The notes under the pieces are model-generated. The model was not told the origin of the DNA. It saw nothing but the letters and a program-made list of their open reading frames with translations, and ran no database searches. Source: Acidimicrobiia bacterium (GTDB taxonomy: Bacteria; Actinomycetota; Acidimicrobiia; Acidimicrobiales; Bin134). From it: DNA of 63,145 bases. The DNA is taken from contig JAJEDQ010000003.1 of assembly GCA_022821445.1 (NCBI GenBank), positions 1 through 63,145 of the forward strand, written 5' to 3'. Of the stretch, positions 44,293-52,900 are shown piece by piece. Position numbers and translations under genes: made by a program. Positions within the stretch are counted from its first letter, which is position 1, and every line of letters begins with the position of its first letter.

Positions 44293-45009
44293 ATGCAAAC
44301 CGAGAACGTAGAACTCTCCACTGCCGATGGCCCGATGAGGCTGTACGTGGCCCGCCCCGATGGCGAGCCGAGTGCCGCGGTAGTCGTGATCATGGAGGCC
44401 TTCGGGCTGAACGGCCATATCGAGGACGTAACCCGACGGGTAGCGGCCGAGGGCTATCTGGCGGTGGCCCCTGATCTTTATCACCGCTATGAGAACAATG
44501 TGGCCGGTTACGACGAGATGGACAAGATCTTCGAGATGATGGGCAGCCTCCTCGACTCCCACTCCCTGATGGACGTGGATGCTGCTCTCGGCTATCTGGC
44601 CGACCAGGGGATCCCGTCCAACAAGGTGGGCATCACCGGATTCTGCATGGGCGGCCGGGTCACCTTCCTGACAGCCATCAGCCGCCCAGTGGGCGCGGCG
44701 GTCACCTACTACGGCGGGGCCATTGTCACCGACGGGTTCACCCCGGGCCAGCCCAAGCTGGCCGACCGGCACGGCGACCTCCAGTGCCCGTGGCTGGGCC
44801 TGTTCGGCGACCTCGACGGCATGATCCCGGTCGAGGGTGTCGAACAACTTCGGTCCGACCTCGAGGGCAACGCCCAGCCCACCGACATCGTGCGCTACGC
44901 CGATGCCGACCACGGGTTCTTGTGCGATGAGCGCCCGTCATACAACGCCGACGCTGCCTCCGACGGCTGGTCTCGCATGGCCGCCTGGTTTGGCACGCAT
45001 CTGTCGTGA
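44293..45009 (+). CDS. dienelactone hydrolase family protein
   Basis: VVVIMEAFGLNGHIEDVTRRVAAEGYLAVAPDLYHR, the nucleophile GITGFCMGG, and ADHGF are present. Confidence 0.8.
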   Translation: MQTENVELSTADGPMRLYVARPDGEPSAAVVVIMEAFGLNGHIEDVTRRVAAEGYLAVAPDLYHRYENNVAGYDEMDKIFEMMGSLLDSHSLMDVDAALGYLADQGIPSNKVGITGFCMGGRVTFLTAISRPVGAAVTYYGGAIVTDGFTPGQPKLADRHGDLQCPWLGLFGDLDGMIPVEGVEQLRSDLEGNAQPTDIVRYADADHGFLCDERPSYNADAASDGWSRMAAWFGTHLS

Positions 45010-45764
45010 CCGCTGGCGCAGAGAAAATCGGGGTCATCGGCTCGGGGGTGATGGGCTCGGGCATCGCGCAGGTGATGGCCATCGCCGGCCATGCGGTGGT
45101 GGCCTTTGATATCGATCCCGGCGTCGTTGCTGTTGCGCCCGGTCTGGTTTCCGAAGGCCGCTTCGGCATCCAAGGGGCAGTGGCCCGGGGCAAGATGACC
45201 GAGGCCGACGCCGAAGCTGCGTTGGCCCGTATCGTATTCACCACCGACCGGGATGCGGCTGCGGCCGTCGATGTGATCATCGAGGCGGTCCCCGAGCGCT
45301 TGGACCTCAAGATCCAACTGTTCCGAGACCTCGACCACGAGTGCCCCGACCACACCATCTTGGCGTCCAACTCCAGCGGGTATCCGGTGCAAGCCTTGGC
45401 GGTGGCCACCAATCGGGCCGACCGGGTGATCGGCTGGCACTGGGCATCGCCGCCGCCGGTGATGAAGCTGGCCGAGATCGTGAGGGCGCCGCAAACCTCC
45501 GACGAGACCACCGAGACCATCTGTCGCCTGGCGGCGGCCGCGGGCAAGAACCCGGTGGTGATCAAGGACTCGGCTATGAGCTGGGGCTATGTCACCAACC
45601 GGGTGTACGGGGCCATGATCCGCGAGGCCAACGCGGTAGTGGCCGAGGGAATCGCCAGCCGGGAGGAAGTAGACCAGCTCATGGTGGACTGCTTCCGGTG
45701 GCCATCTGGCCCCTACGGCATGGTCTCCGGTGCCACCACCGGTTGGAAGGCCGACAAGAAATAG
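45006..45764 (+). CDS. 3-hydroxyacyl-CoA (3-hydroxybutyryl-CoA) dehydrogenase family protein
   Basis: IGVIGSGVMGSGIAQV (Rossmann fold), IIEAVPERLDLK, ILASNSS and the catalytic-region motif WHWASPPPVMKLAEIV are present. The start shows a GTGA overlap. Confidence 0.8.
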   Translation: MTAGAEKIGVIGSGVMGSGIAQVMAIAGHAVVAFDIDPGVVAVAPGLVSEGRFGIQGAVARGKMTEADAEAALARIVFTTDRDAAAAVDVIIEAVPERLDLKIQLFRDLDHECPDHTILASNSSGYPVQALAVATNRADRVIGWHWASPPPVMKLAEIVRAPQTSDETTETICRLAAAAGKNPVVIKDSAMSWGYVTNRVYGAMIREANAVVAEGIASREEVDQLMVDCFRWPSGPYGMVSGATTGWKADKK

Positions 45765-45830
45765 ACCCAGAAAAGAGAACTCCATGAGATTGGAAAGGCC
45801 ACTAGTGCCGATCCTTGAAAGGAGACTTCC

Positions 45831-46928
45831 ATGAAGGCAGCACTGCTGGCATCGCCAGCTTCTCCATTGGTGATGGCCGATGTGGATTGCGTCGATCCCG
45901 GGCCGGGTCAGGTGCGGGTGCGGGTCACCCACTGCGGCCTGTGCCACTCCGATCTGACGATGATCGACGCCCCTGAGATGATGACCCCGATCATCCTGGG
46001 CCATGAGGCCGCCGGGATCGTCGACGCGGTAGGTCCCGGGGCGAGTTCCCTGGCCGAAGGCGACCATGTGATGCTGTCGCCGTTCGGGCCGTGCGGAACG
46101 TGTTACTGGTGCGTGCGGGGCGAGACCACGCTGTGCGCGTCGGCCTCGTCGATGTTCATGGGAACGATGCCTGACGGCTCGATTCCGTTCATGATGGACG
46201 GCCAGCCGGTGTACCGAGGCCTTGGCGTGGCCGGATTCGGCGAATTGACCCTGGTGGCCGAATCAGCCGCCGTCAAGATCGATCCCGACGTGCCTCTGGA
46301 AGTGGCCGCGGTGATCGGCTGTGCCATCCAGACCGGCGTCGGCGCCGTGCTCAACACTGCCCAAGTGGAGGAAGGCGCCACCGTGTTGGTGATGGGCCTC
46401 GGGGGCGTGGGCATGTCGGTGGTGCAGGGTGCCCGCCTGGCTGGAGCGTCGCGCATCTTCGCCTCCGACCCGGTGGCCGACCGCCGCAACGCCGCCGTGG
46501 CATTTGGGGCCACTGACCTGCTCGATCCGAATGAGACCGACGTGGTGGCCCATGTGCAGGAAGCCACCAAGGAGATCGGTGCCGACTACGCCTTCGATGC
46601 CGCGGGCGCTGGCCCGCTGGTGGAGGCTGGCTTGGCCGCCACCCGCAATGGTGGAACCACGGTGATGGTAGGCGCGCCCGCCCTGGAGCACACCGTGACC
46701 ATCAATCCCGCAGTCATGTACCTCACCGCCGAGAAGAAGCTGCTGGGCTGTTTGTATGGCGGCTGCAACTCCCAGCGAGAGGTTCCCCGCCTTCTGGCCC
46801 TGTGGCAAAACGGCCGCCTAGACCTGGAACCCATGATCACCGCCCGCCGCCCCATCAACGAGATCAACGCCGGCCTAGAAGACCTCCGAGCCAGCATCGG
46901 CATCAGAACTGTTTTCGATCTGAGCTGA
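45831..46928 (+). CDS. zinc-dependent alcohol dehydrogenase
   Basis: GLCHSDLTMIDA...GHEAAG, CGTCYWCVRGETTLC and VMGLGGVGMS are present. A strong AAAGGAG SD lies upstream. Confidence 0.85.
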   Translation: MKAALLASPASPLVMADVDCVDPGPGQVRVRVTHCGLCHSDLTMIDAPEMMTPIILGHEAAGIVDAVGPGASSLAEGDHVMLSPFGPCGTCYWCVRGETTLCASASSMFMGTMPDGSIPFMMDGQPVYRGLGVAGFGELTLVAESAAVKIDPDVPLEVAAVIGCAIQTGVGAVLNTAQVEEGATVLVMGLGGVGMSVVQGARLAGASRIFASDPVADRRNAAVAFGATDLLDPNETDVVAHVQEATKEIGADYAFDAAGAGPLVEAGLAATRNGGTTVMVGAPALEHTVTINPAVMYLTAEKKLLGCLYGGCNSQREVPRLLALWQNGRLDLEPMITARRPINEINAGLEDLRASIGIRTVFDLS

Positions 46929-47019
46929 GCACCGAAACCGGTCCTCGCTATTCCTCGTGGCGGAAGGTGATGCTGAGACGAGGGCCGCCCACTCTACGAA
47001 CGACCAGTGACAATTTGAT

Positions 47020-47562
47020 CTAGAGATTTGTCCGTCGAAATATGCGAGCGAATCGGGCGACGACTTGATCGATGGGCGGGGCCTCGCCGCTGGCTAATGG
47101 GTCGAGGGTGAATTCGACTCTGGCTTCGGCCTGCCTGGCCCGGGACGGCATCGGGACGATCGTTGCTGCCAGCTGGCAGACCACTCCGTTGTGGGCGGTG
47201 AAGGTGATCTGCACGATGCCGACATCGCGGTCGATGTAGCTCACCTCGCCCAGTTGGTGCCCGGCTTCGACCAACCGGGCGAATATGTCACCCGGCGGGA
47301 GCCGCAGCACATAGCTGTCGTCGTCCTTGGTGGTGGCTGATGGGTGTGGCTGAGGTGGGGGAGGGGGTGGGGGAGCTTGGGGAGGCTCGGGGCCTGCCCG
47401 CTGTAGCCAGTGGTAGGCCTCGGTAATGCGAGCCGCCACCACGGTGCTGCCCCCGGCATCGGGGTGGGCTTGGCGGATCAGCGCCCGATACGCCCGGTTG
47501 ACGTCGGCAGCCTGCGCCCCCATTTCCAGCCCTAGCGTTCTCAGCGCCCGCTCCCGGTTCAC
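47020..47562 (-). CDS. J-domain protein (DnaJ-like, orphan) with poly-Pro linker and unknown C-terminal domain
   Basis: DVNRAYRALIRQAHPDAGG contains the HPD tripeptide. A PPQAPPPPPPPQP linker follows. Confidence 0.6.
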   Translation of the reverse strand: MNRERALRTLGLEMGAQAADVNRAYRALIRQAHPDAGGSTVVAARITEAYHWLQRAGPEPPQAPPPPPPPQPHPSATTKDDDSYVLRLPPGDIFARLVEAGHQLGEVSYIDRDVGIVQITFTAHNGVVCQLAATIVPMPSRARQAEARVEFTLDPLASGEAPPIDQVVARFARIFRRTNL

Positions 47563-47590
47563 GCCACCACGGTAGGGCGTTTGCTGCCCT

Positions 47591-48379
47591 TCAGTCTTCT
47601 GCGAGGAACTCCAGGATGGTGGGGTAAGCGGAGGGGTCTTGCATCATGAAGATGTGGCCGCCGTCGAAGGTGGCCAGGCGGGTGTTGGGGATGCGATCGC
47701 GCAGGAACTCGCTGTTTCGCATGGGGGCGATGCCGTCGTGGACCCCGGCGCACACCAGGGTGGGCACGTCGATCTCGCCCAAGCGGTCGACAACATCGTG
47801 GCCTCGGCGCGCTTCAAGCTGGCCGAGCGCTCCGGGGGTTTCCAGCGGCAGGGCAGGGCCGTCGGGGCGGGCATTGGCCACGAATATCTCCACGCCGGGA
47901 GGCAGTGGGCCGTCCCGCTCGTAGCGGGTGTCCATGATCTCCAACGCCACCTCGCCTCGCTCGTCGGGATCGAGGTCGGCCAGTGTGTGCAAGGGCCAGG
48001 AGCTGTAGTCGGGACCGCCGGGGGATGTGCAGTTGAGCACCAGTTTGCTGATCCGCCCCGGATGAAGCACGGCCATGTTCATGCCGACCATCCCGCCGAA
48101 GCTGGTGCCCACCATCGGTACCGAGTCCCAGCCCAGGAAGTCCAAGAAGGCAACCGCGTCGGCGGCATAGTCGGCCATGGTCCACGGCAGCGGTGGGGTG
48201 GAGGTCTGGCCCAAGCCCCGCTGGTCGTAGTGGGCCACGGTGAAGGCCTCGTTAAGCGGGTTCAGGTCGGGGGCAGTCATGCGCAGATCGCCCCCGCTGC
48301 CGCTGACATTGAGCAGGGGAGGCCCTGAGCCGTGCAGCTCGAAGTAAAGGTCGAGGTCGCGGACTTTGGCTATCGGCAT
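47591..48379 (-). CDS. alpha/beta hydrolase fold protein
   Basis: The oxyanion region is LLNVSGSGGD, the nucleophile-elbow-like motif is MVGTSFGGMVG, and there is a C-terminal GGHIFMMQDP (His). Confidence 0.8.
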   Translation of the reverse strand: MPIAKVRDLDLYFELHGSGPPLLNVSGSGGDLRMTAPDLNPLNEAFTVAHYDQRGLGQTSTPPLPWTMADYAADAVAFLDFLGWDSVPMVGTSFGGMVGMNMAVLHPGRISKLVLNCTSPGGPDYSSWPLHTLADLDPDERGEVALEIMDTRYERDGPLPPGVEIFVANARPDGPALPLETPGALGQLEARRGHDVVDRLGEIDVPTLVCAGVHDGIAPMRNSEFLRDRIPNTRLATFDGGHIFMMQDPSAYPTILEFLAED

Positions 48380-48453
48380 CGGCTCATGTTGCCACGGCTA
48401 GCTGGCTGATGAGTAACAGTGCAGGACCGGAGATCCAAAGGGTGAAAGTTGCT

Positions 48454-48480
48454 GAAAAGGGCCGATGTATGGCTATCGGC
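48454..48480 (-). terminator. candidate intrinsic terminator downstream of hppA
   Basis: The minus strand reads GCCGAT-AGCCATAC-ATCGGC followed by CCTTTTC. Confidence 0.4.
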
Positions 48481-48496
48481 AGATAGAGTCCCGCAT

Positions 48497-48548
48497 GGGC
48501 CGGAGCGAGGTACACCTCAAAGGGGTTCTACCACCCTCGCTCCGGCTC
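48497..48548. other. long perfect or near-perfect stem (11-14 bp) with a 24-nt loop in the hppA 3' intergenic region
   Basis: GGGCCGGAGCGAGG ... CCTCGCTCCGGCTC. The core CCGGAGCGAGG / CCTCGCTCCGG (48500-48510 / 48535-48545) is perfect. Confidence 0.6.
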
Positions 48549-48611
48549 ACTTGGGATGGTCGTATGACCGATCTGATTATAAGCCGATCTGGGGTCCGTT
48601 CGGCAATGGCT

Positions 48612-50708
48612 TTAGACGAACGCCGAGGCGAACACCAGCGACACGATGGTCATCACCTTGATGAGGATGTTCATCGACGGCCCGGAGGTGTCCTTGAAAG
48701 GATCGCCCACGGTGTCGCCCACCACGGCGGCCTTGTGGGGTTCGGAGCCCTTGCCGCCGTGGGCGCCGGCCTCGATGTACTTCTTGGCGTTGTCCCAAGC
48801 CCCGCCGGCGTTGGCCATGAAGATGGCCAGAGCGAAGCCGGTCACCAGGGCACCGGCCAAAAAGCCGCCCAGGGTGTCCACGTCGATGAACCCCAGGATT
48901 AGTGGTACGGCCACTGCCAAGGCGCCGGGCAGCAGCATCTCCCGCAGCGATGCCTGCGTGGAGATGGCCACGCACCGAGACGAGTCGGGGTTGACCCCCT
49001 CGGCGCCCTCCCGCAGTCCGGGAATCTCTCGGAACTGGCGGCGGACTTCCTCGATCATCTTGTTGGCTGCTCGGCCAACTGCGTCAATGGTCAGCGCCGC
49101 GAACAGGAACGGCAGCATGGCGCCCAGGAACAGTCCGATGAACACGTCCACCTGGCCCACATCCAACGAGAGAGCGAAGCCGGGATCCTCGAGTTGGAGA
49201 GCCACTTCGAAGGTCTTGAACAAGGCCAGAGCGGTCAGAGCTGCCGAGCCGACCGCGAAGCCCTTGGCGATTGCGGCGGTGGTGTTGCCCAGCGAGTCCA
49301 AGGCGTCGGTAACCTCGCGCACCTCGGGGTCGAGCTCAGACATCTCGGCGATGCCCCCGGCATTGTCAGCGATGGGACCGTAGGCGTCTACCGACACCAC
49401 CACACCGGTAGTGGCCAGCATTCCGATGGCGGCCACGGCTATCCCGTAGATGCCCGCGCCAGAGGTGTCGCCCAGCGTCTGCTGGCCGCCCCAGTAGGCC
49501 ACCAGCACCCCAGCGCCAATGAGGATCACCGAGGCGGCTACCGACACCATGCCCGCACTGATCCCCGAAAGCACCGTGGTGGCCGGGCCGGTCTCGGACT
49601 GCTGGGCAATCTTGCGGACCGGTGGGTAATGGTCGCTCGTCCAGATCTCGGCCACCTTGCCGATGGCCCAGCCCACTAGCAGGCCGCCGATCACCGAGAT
49701 GGGCAGGCCCCACCAGCCGTCGAAGTCGTCACCGGAGAAGAACCAAAGTCCCACCAGGATGGTGCCGATGACGGTGAGGCCCATGGCCACGTTGGTACCC
49801 ATGTGGAGTTGGCGGGACAGGCTCTTCACGTCGGCTTGGGTACTGCCCCTCACGGCGAACGAGCCCACGATGGCGGCCAGCATCCCGACAAAGGCCACAG
49901 CCAAGGGGAACATGAGCTGGGCTAGGCCGATATCACTGCCCGTGGCTTCGCTTCCGGCCACGGCGAAAGAGAATGCGGTCAAAGCGATGGGAGCGATGAT
50001 CGACCCGCTGTAGCTCTCGAACAGGTCGGCGCCCATGCCGGCCACGTCGCCCACGTTGTCGCCCACGTTGTCGGCGATGGTGGCCGGGTTGCGGGGGTCG
50101 TCCTCGGGAATGCCGGCCTCCACCTTGCCCACCAGATCGGCGCCGACATCGGCGGCTTTGGTGTAGATGCCTCCCCCCACGCGGGAGAACAGGGCGATGG
50201 AGCTGGCCCCGAGCCCGAAGGCAGTGAATATCTCAAACGGGTCGTCCACGCTAAGCCACTCGACAAAGAGCAAGTAGGTGAAGGCCAGGCCCAGAAGGCT
50301 CAGGCCAGCGACCGAAAAGCCCATGACCGCGCCGCCTCGAAAAGCCAGCGGCAGCGCCTTGGCCGGCCCCTCTGTGGCCGCTTGGGTGGTGCGGGCGTTG
50401 GCCATGGTGGCCACGGTCATGCCCACGTACCCGGCCCCCGCCGAGAGCACCGCGCCCAGGAGGTAGCTGATGAACGTGAGCTCCACGCCGGTCAGCAAGG
50501 GGATGAGGATCGCCATGATGACCACGAAGCCGGCCACCCAGGTGTACTCCTGCTTCAAGAATGCCCGGGCCCCGGACTGGATCTCGTTCATGAGATGGAC
50601 CATGCGGTCGTTGCCCGGAGGGGCCGATTTCACCAGCCTGTAGAAGAGGAAAGCGAGTGCGAGCGCAAGAATCGCGCTCAATCCGGCAAGGTACGGTACG
50701 GCGTCCAC
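48612..50708 (-). CDS. hppA: membrane-bound ion-translocating pyrophosphatase, with the K+-dependent-type signature GNTTAA
   Basis: The protein is multi-TM and carries GGGIYTKAADVGADLVGKVE, DNVGDNVGD, GNTTAAIAKGFAVGSAAL and GAWDNAKKYIE. The GTG 50708 start is preceded by CAGGGGG; the track start is 50789. Confidence 0.9.
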   Translation of the reverse strand: MDAVPYLAGLSAILALALAFLFYRLVKSAPPGNDRMVHLMNEIQSGARAFLKQEYTWVAGFVVIMAILIPLLTGVELTFISYLLGAVLSAGAGYVGMTVATMANARTTQAATEGPAKALPLAFRGGAVMGFSVAGLSLLGLAFTYLLFVEWLSVDDPFEIFTAFGLGASSIALFSRVGGGIYTKAADVGADLVGKVEAGIPEDDPRNPATIADNVGDNVGDVAGMGADLFESYSGSIIAPIALTAFSFAVAGSEATGSDIGLAQLMFPLAVAFVGMLAAIVGSFAVRGSTQADVKSLSRQLHMGTNVAMGLTVIGTILVGLWFFSGDDFDGWWGLPISVIGGLLVGWAIGKVAEIWTSDHYPPVRKIAQQSETGPATTVLSGISAGMVSVAASVILIGAGVLVAYWGGQQTLGDTSGAGIYGIAVAAIGMLATTGVVVSVDAYGPIADNAGGIAEMSELDPEVREVTDALDSLGNTTAAIAKGFAVGSAALTALALFKTFEVALQLEDPGFALSLDVGQVDVFIGLFLGAMLPFLFAALTIDAVGRAANKMIEEVRRQFREIPGLREGAEGVNPDSSRCVAISTQASLREMLLPGALAVAVPLILGFIDVDTLGGFLAGALVTGFALAIFMANAGGAWDNAKKYIEAGAHGGKGSEPHKAAVVGDTVGDPFKDTSGPSMNILIKVMTIVSLVFASAFV

Positions 50709-50818
50709 GTTGACCCCCTGTTTGAGAGAACTAGGCGAAGTTAGCCAGCGAGAATGTGACCTGCCAAGGTTGCCATTTGGGATGACCAATTTCGGGTCAT
50801 TGGCGATAATCTGGAACC

Positions 50819-51424
50819 GTGGTCAGCCTCAGCCGGTTGCGGGCCGAAGCCCGGGAGGCCCGGCGCTCGTTTTCTGATCCCGAGGGCGCGGCGCGAGCAG
50901 TGTGCAACGCGGTTACCTCCCTTGGCTGGCTAGACGGCGTGGGTCGGGTGTCAGCCACTGTGGCCGACGACGGCGAGATCGATCCAGCCCCACTGGTGAC
51001 CGCTTGTCGTCTGCGGGATATCGAGGTGTATTTCCCTGTGATGCGCGATCCCGCTCCCATCCAGTTCGCCCCCGCCGGGCCGGACACTTCGTTCGTGCTC
51101 AACCGGTTTGGGATTTCCGAACCCGATGTCGACGTCCAACTCCTGGTGTCGGCCCGGGAGCTTGATGTGGTGTTCGCCCCTGTGGTGGTGTTCGACGCCG
51201 CTGGCCATAGGGCAGGCCGGGGCCAGGGTTACTACGACCGGGCGCTGTCCTTTCTGCTCAACGGGCCCCGCCCAGCCAAGCCGCTGGTGGTGGGGCTGGC
51301 TTATGAGTGCCAGCTCGTGGATGCAGTGCCATCTCACCCCGGCGATGTGACCATGGATGCGGTGGTCACCGAAGAGCGGGTGCGGGTGTTCAGCTCGGCT
51401 CTGTCGCGCCGGGTCCGCCGGTGA
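50819..51424 (+). CDS. 5-formyltetrahydrofolate cyclo-ligase family protein
   Basis: The C-terminal VFAPVVVFDAAGHRAGRGQGYYDRAL is the MTHFS signature. Confidence 0.75.
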   Translation: MVSLSRLRAEAREARRSFSDPEGAARAVCNAVTSLGWLDGVGRVSATVADDGEIDPAPLVTACRLRDIEVYFPVMRDPAPIQFAPAGPDTSFVLNRFGISEPDVDVQLLVSARELDVVFAPVVVFDAAGHRAGRGQGYYDRALSFLLNGPRPAKPLVVGLAYECQLVDAVPSHPGDVTMDAVVTEERVRVFSSALSRRVRR

Positions 51425-51490
51425 TCGGCATGCGAGCCCAGAACCGGGGGAGTGCTCGCACCTTCGTGGATTTTCAGTAAGGATGTAGCA

Positions 51491-52834
51491 GTGCGCATCG
51501 TGGTCGTGGGCGCTGGCGAAGTGGGTTCCCACGTCGCTCAGATCCTGAGCGAAGAGGGCAACACCGTGTCGGTAGTGGAGGTGAACGCCAAGAAACTGCA
51601 CAACTTGGCTGAAGACCTGGACGTGCTGGCGGTGGAGGGGAGCGGCACCCATCCCCACGTTCTCGTCGAGGCGGGCATCAACAAGGCCGACTTGCTGGTG
51701 GCGGTCACCGCCCACGACGAGGTGAACCTAGTGGCCTGCCTGCTGGCCAAGCAGCACGGCGTGCAACGCACCATCGCCCGCATCCAGGCCCGCAACCTGC
51801 GGGAGAAGGACGCCCGGGAGCTGCGGGAGGCGATGCAGGCCGACACCATCATCGACCCCGATGAGGAGACGGCCCACGACATCATGGACCTCTTGTCGTA
51901 TCCGGGGGCCACCGACGTTACGGTGATGGCCGACGGGGAGGTGTTTGTGTTGGGAGCCTCGCTCTCCCCCGATGCTCCCTGGGCCAATCGGCGGTTGGCC
52001 GACATTGCTGAGGAGTACGAGCCCGACTGGGACTTCTTGGTGGCGGTGATCACCCGAGCGGGCAAGACCCAGATCCCCCGGGCCGATACCACCCTTGAGC
52101 CCGGCGACCTTCTGCGGGTGGTGTGCAAGCGGCGAGCCCGGGGAACCCTGCTGCCGCTCTTGGGCCTGGCGCCGGGCACCCACCGCCGGGTGATGCTGCT
52201 GGGCGGGGGACGCACGGCCGAGATCGTGGCCCGCCGGTTGAGCGAGCGCCATGCCGAGGTGGTGCTTATAGAGCGGAATCTGGAGCGGGCCCAGACGCTG
52301 AGCGAAGAACTGGATGCTGTGCTGGTGATTCACGGCGATATCACCGACGCGGAGTTGCTGGAATCCGAGGACGTCGGCAAGTTCGATGCCGTGATCGCTC
52401 TCACTGGCAAGGACGATGCCAACATTCTGGCCTGCCTCTATGCCAAGTCGATGGGAGCGAGCGAGACCATCGCCGTGCTGCACAACCTGGCGCTGCGCAC
52501 ACTGCTGCGGGATGTGGGCATCGACGTGGCGTTGTCACCGCGCACGGCCAGTGCAAACGGGGTGCTCCGCTACGTCCGAGGTGGGGTGGCCCAAGTGGCC
52601 ACCTACTTGTCGGGCGACTTCGAGGTCATCGAGGCCGAGATCAAGGCCGGGTCGAAGGCTGACGGGGCCATGGTGGAAGAGATGGGCCTGCCCAAGGACG
52701 TGCTCGTTGGCGCCTATGTGCGAGACGGGAAGCCGCAGATCGGTCGGGGCCGCAGCCATCTCCGAAGCCGCGACCATATTGTGGTCTTTGCGCGGCCGGA
52801 CACGGTGGACCAAGTGAAGCGCTTCTTCGGGTGA
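51491..52834 (+). CDS. trkA: Trk system potassium uptake protein TrkA (two RCK/NAD-binding repeats)
   Basis: VRIVVVGAGEVGSHVA is one Rossmann repeat and VMLLGGGRTAEIVA is the second, with TrkA_C-like segments. GTG 51491 has an AAGGA 8 nt upstream. Confidence 0.88.
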   Translation: MRIVVVGAGEVGSHVAQILSEEGNTVSVVEVNAKKLHNLAEDLDVLAVEGSGTHPHVLVEAGINKADLLVAVTAHDEVNLVACLLAKQHGVQRTIARIQARNLREKDARELREAMQADTIIDPDEETAHDIMDLLSYPGATDVTVMADGEVFVLGASLSPDAPWANRRLADIAEEYEPDWDFLVAVITRAGKTQIPRADTTLEPGDLLRVVCKRRARGTLLPLLGLAPGTHRRVMLLGGGRTAEIVARRLSERHAEVVLIERNLERAQTLSEELDAVLVIHGDITDAELLESEDVGKFDAVIALTGKDDANILACLYAKSMGASETIAVLHNLALRTLLRDVGIDVALSPRTASANGVLRYVRGGVAQVATYLSGDFEVIEAEIKAGSKADGAMVEEMGLPKDVLVGAYVRDGKPQIGRGRSHLRSRDHIVVFARPDTVDQVKRFFG

Positions 52835-52894
52835 GTTCATTGACCATTGCGCGGCCGGACACGGTGGACCAAGTGAAGCGCTTCTTCGGGTGAG
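52789..52894 (+). repeat. exact 47-bp direct duplication of the trkA 3' end including its stop codon, copies separated by 12 bp
   Basis: TGCGCGGCCGGACACGGTGGACCAAGTGAAGCGCTTCTTCGGGTGAG occurs at 52789-52835 and again at 52848-52894. The spacer is TTCATTGACCAT. Confidence 0.9.
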
Positions 52895-52900
52895 CCGCCG

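Noticed and set aside
48380-48611. A tRNA or tRNA-Sec (selC) in the structured intergenic region; I also checked the 4833-4973 and 12671-12835 gaps.
   Set aside because: There is no acceptor/T-arm arrangement. The GGTTCTACC segment lies in the loop of a long hairpin and lacks a 5-bp T-stem with a 7-nt loop, and there is no matching 3' acceptor strand.
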